DNA of 64,000 bases from Octopus sinensis (taxonomy: Eukaryota). The stretch is taken from positions 53,940,001-54,004,000 of the forward strand of contig NC_043006.1 in assembly GCF_006345805.1 (NCBI RefSeq). Direction: 5' to 3'. The first letter of the stretch is position 1. Each line of letters starts with the position of its first letter. Positions 53,935 through 64,000 of the stretch are shown here, piece after piece. The notes under the pieces are model-generated. The model did no database searches. It saw nothing but the letters and a program-made list of their open reading frames with translations, and was not told the origin of the DNA. Both the position numbers and the translations under genes were made by a program.

Positions 53935-56105
53935 TTTTGTCTACTCCTCATGCATAGTCTGACCAACTCTTGTACCTACACCTTAGATCCATCGTGGCGT
54001 CTGATATGGCTTTTTAAACTAGACAATCTATTTAAATGACACCCACATAGATTGCATATCCGATTTGGACCATGAAGAGTTGCTGTTAAGTTCTGATCTT
54101 TATGGATCTTATAATGTTTTCTGAGGTCTCTGTCAGATTTGCAGACCTTATGGCATATATGGCATTGAAAGGTGTGCACAGATATATAGGCAAAATAGTT
54201 GGTGGAGGTTCGTTTTTCATGGGTCTGCAAATGAGATTTGAGCCCAACAAAAGAAAGGCATGGTCTGTCACAAACTGTGCACACAAAAATATCACTGAGT
54301 TTACCTTCTCGATCACAATATTCTTCTTTAAAATCTCTCTTGAGTCTTGCACGTGTTAACCTGGCATCTTCAAACGCTTTCACTCATCTCCACACTTTTG
54401 TTCGCCATGCAGCTCGATCCGAAGTAAATGTTTCTATGGCCTTTGGATCCATTCCAGTTGACTTCATGGTAGTCCTTATACCGTCCTTGAACTTCTTTTG
54501 AACCTTATTCAAAAGTGCAGAAAAATGTTCTACCCAGCGCTTATGAATAGAAGCGGTGTCAGTCAAAAACAAATGACCATTTGTTGTTCTCACTGGAGAT
54601 GTTGAATATTTTAGGCAATATACCTCTTTTACATAAGAGTACAAACCCTTAGCATCATTTTTATCAGCTTCTTCTTGCGCCCCCTTTGCTATGCCAGTCC
54701 ACCATTCCTGTTTAATTTTCCTTAGAGCAGTCTGCACTTTCCCTTTCAGCTTTCTGTGAGCTTCGTTTGAGTTGAAGCTCAAGCACTGAGAAAGAAGAGT
54801 ATTTCCTGTTTTTCTCAAAGTAGATCATGGCCTTATCCGATTTAAATTCCACTGAAGAACTTGCAGCCTGAAATACTTTTGCTTTGAAATCTTCCCATAG
54901 GTTGTTTGGATCAAGATTGATACTTTCTATAGCATCGTGGAATCTTTTCAAGTTGCTTGGTCATTTAAAGTTTGCAGAATTTAACTTTTTGTGTACCTTA
55001 GGACCAAACTGTCCACTTTTAGGCATTGTCGAAAAATTCATTTTTGCACGGACTGGATGATGGTCAGTCCAGCTCTCTGCTCCTCTCATGGCCCGAACAC
55101 TAGAAACATCCTTCATATAACGCTTTCTGATCAAAATATAATCTATGAGATGCCAGTCCTTAGATCTTAATTGCATCCAGGTAGTTATATATTACTTTTC
55201 TGCTTAAACAGAGTGTTGGTAACAACCGTATTATTCTCAATACAAAACGTCAAAAGAGCTACTCCATTTTTATTACATTTTCCAATCCCATGTCGGCCTA
55301 AAACAGGCTATGAAATGTAATCACTTCCAAATCTTGCATTGAAATTTCCCAATATGACCAGCTTGTCAGAAATTGGTACTTTCTTCAGTAATTGTACTAC
55401 TTCGTCATAAACCTGTCCTACAGTTTCATCAGAATAAGACATTGTTGATGCATAAATACTGACAATGTTAAGAAACCTACCTTTTGTCAGTTTATTACGG
55501 CATGACATAATCCGCTCAGATATACCACTTGGAAGTTCTGCAATGGAGAATACTAATGAATTCTTGAGAACAAACCCAACACCAGATTCTCTACGCGAAC
55601 CATCAGGTAGGCCCGTACAGAAGATAGTATGTCCATAAGTAGGTTCATTTATTTGCCCCTCACCAGAGACGAGTTTCAGAGAGTGCAACATCAAGGGAAT
55701 ATTTTAAAGCTTATTTTAAAGCTTACATGCAGTAAGTGCAGTACGCCTTTTTGGCCTCTTGTTGAAATTATCATCTAGAAGTGTGCACACATCCCAAGAG
55801 CCAGAATTCAGAGGATGCTTATTTTTCTTCTTCTTGAAGATTGTTTGACCACAGTAGCAGGATGGTGACCGGGCCCAGCCTATGGCACACTGGGACACCT
55901 ACCGAGTCAGACCTGTTCTCCTGACGTTCCCAAGCCTTTTGTTGGATGGCCGTTGACTACTCATGAGTTCCTCCGCCCTTTGACGGGTCTTAATTTTCGT
56001 CCTGCAGGGTGCCCAACAATCACCCTCTCAGCAAGCAAGCTTGGTGGGATTGCCAATTTAGTGACCGATGACCCGACCATGCAACAGGTAGTACTGGATA
56101 ACATG
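53935..56105 (-). mobile_element. RTE (BovB-like) LINE with APE endonuclease, RT deleted, three C-terminal C2H2 fingers
   Basis: GSWDVCTLLD, ESGVGF, VILGNFNARFG, WHLIDYIL, WTDHHPV, RWVEHFSALLN joined directly to QKKFKD; zinc fingers in ORF 53976-54383; stops and frameshifts. Confidence 0.9.
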
Positions 56106-58126
56106 TGATGTTTGTTTAAAAAAGAGAGATTATGTCTGTGATAAAATAATGAAAGCAATATTTACTAAGCAAATGAACACTATTATACAAAGAAAGAACT
56201 AGACGTAAAATATAAAAATTATTAGAAATGGGAATCAAATGTGAAAATATTATCAAGGGGCTAGTATATATAATATCAACTCGATCATTTCTAAGTCTTT
56301 CTTGCTGTGCAGAATATGCGTCGATGAGCAATTCTAATAAGAACAAAACATATTCCTTGCTTTATCTAGCTTGCTTTAAATAACTAGTTCCACTTCTGCC
56401 TGCGTTGTTTTCATTTTCCCTAAACTTTATGCCTCCTGATATTACTGGAGTTATCTACTTTACATGATGGGAAGGGGATTCTCTACTTTTGAACAACCCT
56501 AGCAGGAGATTTTCTTTCCTATTTACAAAGATGGTGTCAGTTGGTTTGCCTATTTCCATTCTGTTATTACATGTTTGAAACCCTGTTCAACATGTACTTA
56601 CCTTAAGGAACGCTTTCCTGATGAATTTTCGCTGATCGTGCGTGCCTTCTGTACTTCCTCTCTTGTCTAATTTTATCTTTCTTCGATTTGATCCTACGAT
56701 AACACCACTTCGCTCTTTCTTTCTCAGCTTCTTTACTGTTCAAGGATTAATGTCCGAACAGTTAACCATTTCCCTTTCTCCCAGCTTTAGATGTGCATTA
56801 TACACATCTGCCCCTGGTGTGGTCTTGTATCCGTCAAAGGACTACAATGTCATTTCGTCTTCTCAAAAGGAATCAAATATTTTCCGTAACCATTTTCTCC
56901 TATTGATAGTATACACACACTAACCAGCGTTTTATCTGTATCTTCTATCCTTATTGACCATTCTCTAATTTGAATTTACTGACACCACTCGAGATACCGA
57001 AACTATCCTCAGTGCAGAAATGGCCATGACATCCAGATCGACAACTGATGTAGGGAACCTTCTCCTATGTCCATTATGCTTGATACGTTTGCGGTGCCTT
57101 CACTAGTTATTTGTTTCATAGATAAGAGGGTAGTATGCGTGTACGTGTGTAAATATATATGTATACATGTATGCGTGTGTAGGTATGCATGCATACATGT
57201 ATATATATATGTGTTTGTGTGCGCGTGTGTGTAACTTAGCGGTTCGGCAAAAGCGACCGATCGAATAAGTACTAGGCTTACAAACAATAAGTCCTGGGGT
57301 CGATTTGCTCGACTAAAGGCGGTGCTCCAGCATGGCCGCTGTCAAATGACTGAAGCAAGTAAAAAAGTAAAAGAGTAAAGAGTATACGTCTGTCACGTAT
57401 TTCTCTGTGTTTGTGCGCGCGCGTACACACACACACACACACACACACTCTCTCTCTCTCTCTCTCTTTCGCGCGCGTGCACACACACACACACACACAC
57501 ACTCTCTCTCTCTCTCTCTCTTTCGCGCGCGTGCACACACACACACACACACACACGGAGAAATACCTGACAAACTGACAGACAAACAATATAAGAATGC
57601 ACCAGATTAGGAAGGGCTTTCCAGTACAAACGTAATTCGTTTTTATTATTCTTGATAGAAACCCTAATTCTCGGTTTCCGAGTGACAGCTTTGGTATCTA
57701 GGGTCCTCACAACTCACTAACTTACTACCCTTTCTTAGGAATTCGATGTTTGTTCTTAATATTCCTTATATACACACACACACACACGCGCGCGCGCGCG
57801 CGCGCACACACTAACTCACGCACACATACACACACGTACATGCACATTCGCGCGCGCGCGCATGCACACACACACACGTACACATATCCGCGCACTATGC
57901 ATGTGTGCAAGCGGATTATACACATTGTGTTTTACGAGTACGTAACTACGTTTGTGTAAACGTGTGTGTGTGTGTGTGTATGTGTGTTTGTGTGGTGTAC
58001 GAAATAGACTCAGGCATCGGCGAGTAGTGTGCTTCGTAATCATGAGGTTCTGAGTTCCATTCCAGTGCTTGGCATTGAATCGGTTTAAGAATTATGTAAA
58101 GTATGCAAGTATGTGTGGAATACTCA

Positions 58127-58560
58127 GGCGTGGGAGTGGTTGTGTGGTAAATAGCTTGCTTACCAACCACATGGTTCCGGGTTCAGTCCCACTGCGTGGC
58201 ACCTTGGGCAAGTGTCTTCTACTATAGCCTCGGGTCGACCAAAGCTTTGTGAGTGGATTTGGTAGATGGAAACTGAAAGAAGCCTGTCATATATGTATGT
58301 ACGTGTGCGCGTGTGTATGTGTGTATGTGTGTATACGTTTGTGTGTCTGTGTTTGTCCCCCCCCCAACATCGCTTGACAACCGATGCTGGTGTGTTTACG
58401 TCTCTGTAACTTAGCGGTTCGGCAAAAGAGACCGATAGAATAAGTACTAGGCTTACAAAGAATAAGTCCTGGGGTCGATTTGCTCGACTAAAGGCGGTGC
58501 TCCAGCATGGCCACAGTCAAATGACTGAAACAAATAAAAGAGTAAAAGAGAAAGAGAGTA
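58127..58560 (+). mobile_element. SINE family A, full length
   Basis: Complete head-to-tail copy; partial copies at 48205-48412, 57233-57382, 46625-46725, 43675-43765 and 20080-20255. Confidence 0.9.
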
Positions 58561-58986
58561 TTTAAATGTTAATTGAACGAGTACATAATTCGTTCGACGC
58601 CAGATCTATTCTCGTGAGCTTGTGTGGTGCGTTGCGTGCGCGTGTGTATGATGAGAACTTCGCTATTTCTAGTTTGTTTTTTTAGCTATTGATTTTTTTA
58701 ACAAACTTTCTTTTTTCTTATTAGTTAAATCCTTATAAATATTTCTTCTCTCATATAAGAATGATTTGTTTTCCACTAATTATTTGTTCTGTTTCTTAAA
58801 CCTCTGTCCCTCCACACATACACACACACACTTTGTACTGACGGTTGTTGTTCTTGATTAAATTCTTCTCTATCTTCAGATATTTTTGATTGGAAAACTT
58901 ATGTTGTCTTGAATAATTTTTTTAATGTTGTTGTTGCTGCTGTTGTTGCTGCTGTTGCTGCTGTTGTTGTTGTTGTTGTTGTTGTT

Positions 58987-59185
58987 GTTAAGCAACAAGA
59001 CGAGTAAGGGTGATTAGGTGGTGGTCTAGGGCTTAGGGGCGGGAGACCACAGACCTCGGAAAAAAAAACTTTGGTCGTCTTGTTGTAGTCGAGGGCTCTC
59101 CGTTGACGCCCGACACCACTGGGAGAGGTGGCCCTCGAAGTCGCTGGAAATGGAGATCTCCAGGTCCAAATTCTTGAACGGCTGC

Positions 59186-59229
<44 letters not shown>

Positions 59230-59468
59230 CTGCTGTGCTGCTGTTGCTGCTGTTGTGTTGTTGTTGTTGTTGTTAAGCAACAAGACGAGTAAGGGTGATT
59301 AGGTGGTGGTCTAGGGCTTAGGGGCGGGAGACCACAGACCTCGGAAAAAAAAACTTTGGTCGTCTTGTTGTAGTCGAGGGCTCTCCGTTGACGCCCGACA
59401 CCACTGGGAGAGGTGGCCCTCGAAGTCGCTGGAAATGGAGATCTCCAGGTCCAAATTCTTGAACGGCT
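58987..59468. repeat. Tandem duplication of a ~197 bp GC-rich unit within (GTT)/(GCT) repeats
   Basis: 58987-59183 and 59272-59468 appear identical; period 285. Confidence 0.9.
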
Positions 59469-59470
59469 GC

Positions 59471-59526
<56 letters not shown>

Positions 59527-59601
59527 TTGCTGCTGTTGCTGCTCTTCTTCTTCTTCTTCTTCTTCTTCTTCTCTTCTTCTTTCTTCTTCTTCTTCTTCTT
59601 C

Positions 59602-59659
<58 letters not shown>

Positions 59660-59910
59660 TACTATTATTATCATCATCATCATCATCGTCGTCGTCGTTG
59701 CTGCTGCTGTTGTTGTTGTTGTTGTTGTTTAGTCCCCTGAATGAGCAAATTTATAATCAAAAGCGTTTCAGCCAAAATCATCTTGGTCTGATTTTATTTA
59801 TTTATTCATTTATTTATTTATTTATTTAGATATAATGCTTCTTTGATTACAGCATCCAATGTATCCATTTTTTCGCAATTATTTCTAGCAGTTGGAGTGA
59901 ACCCTTAAAA

Positions 59911-60055
59911 CAGTCACAAGCAAGCGGTGGCCTCTAGGACTTTCTGAGTGGCACACCTAAACGAAAAATTATCTTGAATGTTTCGTTGTGCGGTCTGCCT
60001 AATGATGAACCACGTCTTATGCGGCCCGATTCTCGAAAAAGCTTCCCCATGCCTG
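59911..60055 (-). mobile_element. hAT-type MITE
   Basis: Reverse complement of the ends of 14051-15455. Confidence 0.6.
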
Positions 60056-60684
60056 ACATAAAAGACCCTTCTTTGATTCGTAGCTACTATGTCTTAAATG
60101 TAAGTGAATGAATATTTATTACATTTTTCAGTAAAAACTCGTGTTTTCTATTTTTGTTTAGCAATTGCTCTATTCTTGCATCCTCCTATTCTTGGATCTC
60201 TCCTCACTAAATATATTCTTATTTTGCATTCCATTGCATTTGATACCTAGTTTTGCTTTCAGGCCCCCACACTGCACACACAGGCAACCAATACACACCG
60301 AAATTCTCCTCTGCCTTGTCTCGCTACCACTCCCTTACCAACAAGGAGAAGCTAGTCGGGTGACGATGTCATTTCCATTATTCTCTAACAGCTTACTCCT
60401 TCCCTATCCTCACCAAATTCTTCCTTCTTTGTTTCTCCCCAGACAACAATTACAACCCATGAAAATATTCCTGTGTATCATATTGTAGACCTATTAGTAG
60501 ATAAACCATCAAAATATCAAACTGTCACCATTAATTCCAATGAGGAATACCCTACAAAAATAATTTCACATTTGAAGATGAAAAAGTCAATTTTCTTATA
60601 ACTAATTCATTTATATTGTTATACTTGGGGATGGTCATCTTTTGTCAATTAAACACACGCACTATATATTCAACTATGATTGGT

Positions 60685-61014
60685 GACCCCTTTCGGTCAG
60701 ACACTGACCATGGGTTTGTACCTAGAGAGTTACCCTCTGAGGCACAAGTCTGGGCAAGGTTGTTTTATGGAAGACCAGCAGTCGTCCATGCAAACCGGCC
60801 TCCCCTCTCCACGTCACCGATGTTGTCCAAGGGAAAGGCAACGGCCGATACAGCTTGGCACCTGTGATGTCGCAACTCATTTCTACAGCTGAGTGAACTG
60901 GAGCAACGTGAAATAAAGTGTCTTGCTCAAGAACACAACACGCAGCCCGGTCCGGGATTCGAGCTCACAACCTCACGATCGTAAGCTCGACGCTCTAACC
61001 ACTGAGCCATGCGC
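60685..61014 (-). mobile_element. SINE head C, tail T4
   Basis: Homology to 53577-53909. Confidence 0.85.
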
Positions 61015-61029
61015 TGACTATTATTATTA

Positions 61030-61814
61030 TTGTCATTTACTTTTAATCTGCATGTTTGATGCAATCACTTGCCGGGGCACACCCAGCGCCCTAGGGCAAG
61101 TGAAGGTTAAGAGTTGTTGAAATATAGCTGAAAGCTTGGGGAGGGGAAGTAGAGAAATATCTCCATGTAATACAAACACAAACATTTACATTGATAGGGG
61201 TTTTCTAAGGATGTGGGCAGTACTTGTTAGCACAATCTTTTGGATTTCCTTGAGACATGGTTCTCCAGGGATATTGTCTAGGTGTTTCTGACATCCCTTT
61301 TTTTATCATACCTAGGGCACCTACAATAACAGGAACAGTTTTTGTTTTAAGATTCCACATCTTTTGTATTTCGATTTCCAGGTCCTTATATTTACTAAGT
61401 TTGTCAAATTCGTTTACAGATACATTTTTATCAGTGGGGACGCTTACCTCTATTAGTCTGCAGGTATTTTCTTCCCTGTCTTTAACAATTATGTCTGGTC
61501 GATTAGCCTTGATCGTTCTGTCAGTGTTGACTGGAAAATCCCAGAGGATGGTGACATCCTTACCTTCAACAACTGGCTGAGGATGGTGTTCATACCAGTT
61601 AGCAGGAGTGTCGAATTTGTAGTATTTACATATCTTCCAATGTATATACTGTCCTACCCTATCGTGGCGATTTTTGTATTCGTTTGGTGTCAGCACAGGA
61701 CATCCCGAAACGAGATGGTCTATCGTTTCGTCAAATGTGTCACAGAATCTGCATTTAGGGTCAGTACCGTTTCGGAGAACGTTAGCCTGGTAATTTCTGG
61801 TAAACAAGCTTTGA

Positions 61815-61816
<2 letters not shown>
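61030..61816 (-). mobile_element. Dong/R4 LINE 3' end (CCHC finger and PD..D/E restriction-like endonuclease)
   Basis: ORF 61205-61807: CRFC...HLVSGC, RHD, NRPDIIV, KLSKYKDL, VIVGALG; (TAA)n on both sides. Confidence 0.92.
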
Positions 61817-61861
<45 letters not shown>

Positions 61862-61895
61862 GTTATTGTTATTGTTATTGTTATTGTTATTGTTA

Positions 61896-61969
<74 letters not shown>

Positions 61970-61970
61970 T

Positions 61971-62353
61971 ATTTGTTTGACTTTTGCTTTATGTCTGTAC
62001 AAGTTGGCTCCAAGTCTCACTCAGAGACCTCAAGAGACAACAGGTTGGAAGTTCTGTGCCATATATTTGGGGGGGGGGTTTGGTGTTGTACTAGTGAATG
62101 TCTAATACATAAAAATAAAATTTAAAAAAAAAATTAATAATAAATAAATAAATAAAAAATAAAACAAAATAAAATAAATAAATAAATAAATTTAAAAAAA
62201 GTTTGTTTTAAACTTGGGATTACATAGAGAGTATTTTGCGTAGGATATGAGCAGTTTCCATGAGCACTATCTTTTGAATTTCTGCCATTTTTGGGGTTTC
62301 CTGGTATCTGAGTTAGGTAGCAATTAGTCCCTTTCGCTATCATTCCCAGGGCA

Positions 62354-62384
<31 letters not shown>

Positions 62385-62464
62385 TATTATTATATTATTA
62401 TTATTATTATTGTTATTGTTATTGTTATGTTATTGTTATTATTATTATTATTATTATATTATTA

Positions 62465-62520
<56 letters not shown>

Positions 62521-62907
62521 TATTTGTTTGACTTTTGCTTTATGTCTGTACAAGTTGGCTCCAAGTCTCACTCAGAGACCTCAAGAGACAACAGGTTGGA
62601 AGTTCTGTGCCATATATTTGGGGGGGGGGTTTGGTGTTGTACTAGTGAATGTCTAATACATAAAAATAAAATTTTAAAAAAAAAATTAATAAATAAATAA
62701 ATAAATAAAAAATAAAACAAAATAAAATAAATAAATAAATAAATTTAAAAAAAGTTTGTTTTAAACCTTGGGATTACATAGAGAGTATTTTGCGTAGGAT
62801 ATGAGCAGTTTCCATGAGCACTATCTTTTGAATTTCTGCCATTTTTGGGGTTTCCTGGTATCTGAGTTAGGTAGCAATTAGTCCCTTTCGCTATCATTCC
62901 CAGGGCA

Positions 62908-62908
<1 letters not shown>
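61971..62908 (-). repeat. Tandem duplicate of a short Dong/R4 3' end
   Basis: 61971-62354 and 62522-62908 are near-identical, begin at (G)ALGMIAKG and are separated by (TAA)n. Confidence 0.85.
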
Positions 62909-62966
<58 letters not shown>

Positions 62967-63365
62967 GGGCGGTGAGCTGGCAGGATCGTTAGCACGCTGG
63001 ACGAAATGCTTAGCGGTATTTCGCCGGTCACTACTTTCTGAGTTCCAATTCCGTCGAGGTCGACTTTACCTTTCATCCTTTCGGGGTCGATGTAATCGAC
63101 TATTCCCCTCCTACTAAATTTCAGGCCTAAATAAGTACCAGTTACGCGCTGGGGTCGATATAATCGACTTAATCCGTTTTTCTGTCCTTGTTTGTCCCTT
63201 CCGTGTTTAGCACCTTGTGGGTAGTAAAGAAATAGGTATTTCGCCGGTCACTACTTTCCGAGTGCCAATTCCGCCGAGGTCGACATTGCCTTTCATCCTT
63301 ACGATCTAATCGACTGTCCCCACCCCACAAATTTCAAGCCTTTTACCTATAGTAGAAAGGATCAT
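62967..63365 (+). mobile_element. SINE family B dimer
   Basis: One head followed by two core units, each beginning ggtatttcgccggtcactactttc. Confidence 0.85.
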
Positions 63366-64000
63366 TATTATTATTGAAAGCGCGTGGCCTAGTGGTTAGG
63401 GTATTCGGCTTGTGATTGCAAAGGTCGTGAGTTCAATTCCCGGCGATGTGTTGTGTCCTTGAGCAAGACAGTTTATTTCACGTTACTCCAGTCCATTCGG
63501 CTGGCAAAAACGAGTAGTAACTGTGTTTCAAACGGCCAGCCTTATCACACACTGTTTCACACTGAAAATCTCTGAGAACTACGTTATGGGTACACGTGTC
63601 TGTGGAGTGCACGTTAATTACAGGAGCAGGCTGTTCCGTTGATCGGATCAACTGGAAAAAGGCGGTGAGCAAGCAAAATCACTGGACGAAATGTTTAGCG
63701 GAATTTCACCCGCGTTTACGATCTAAGTTCAAATTCTGCTGAGGTCGACATTGCTTTGCATCCTTTAGGCGTCGATAAATTAAGTGCCAGTGAAACAGTG
63801 GGGTCAATGTGATTGACTTACCCCCTCCCCGCAAATTTCAGGCCTTGTGCCTATACTACAAACTAGTATTGCCAACATTATTATTGTTGTTGTTCATGCC
63901 GGGCGAAATCCTTAGCGGTATTTCGTCAGCTGTTACATTCTCAGTTCAAATTCCGCCGAGGTCGACTTTCCCTTTCATCGTTTAGAGGTCGATAAATTAA

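Noticed and set aside
53976-54383. Host C2H2 zinc-finger gene
   Set aside because: Contiguous with the RTE C-terminus; no TGEKP linkers or exon structure
55900-56100. HDV-like ribozyme in the RTE 5' UTR
   Set aside because: Plausible for the clade, but I could not assign P1-P4 by eye; needs a descriptor search
56596-56900. Minus-strand exon ending AAG|GTAAGT
   Set aside because: The upstream frame contains stops; purine-rich decay resembles a LINE ORF1 remnant, as do 50820-51290 and 60180-60490, none assignable
57415-57556. CRISPR-like repeat-spacer array
   Set aside because: Composite (GC)(AC)(TC) microsatellite duplication in eukaryotic DNA; no unique spacers or cas genes

Overview
AT-rich, microsatellite-saturated eukaryotic DNA with no intact host protein-coding gene. 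It reads as a large intron or intergenic interval. The repeat repertoire points to a coleoid cephalopod, most likely Octopus (inference, not verified). Most ORF-track entries are microsatellite artefacts. The supportable content is a layered set of decayed mobile elements: four tRNA-headed SINE families with interchangeable heads and tails; CR1-like, L1/Tx1-like, RTE, Dong/R4 and R2-like LINE fragments; a Penelope-like element (PLE) remnant; mariner, hAT/Charlie, piggyBac-type and 8-bp-TSD MITEs; and non-autonomous Helitrons. The most notable signal is a population of minimal type I hammerhead ribozyme (HHR) motifs: six near-complete, plus several degenerate or half motifs. Four sit in ~190-215 bp non-coding units inserted into (TA)n tracts, and one subfamily has a non-canonical CUGUNGA core. 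Other highlights: a SINE tail matching the 3' UTR of a CR1-like LINE in the same window, an RT-deleted RTE ending in three C2H2 zinc fingers, an R2-like RT fragment captured inside a CR1, and many long hairpins. All calls were made by eye, without databases or folding software.
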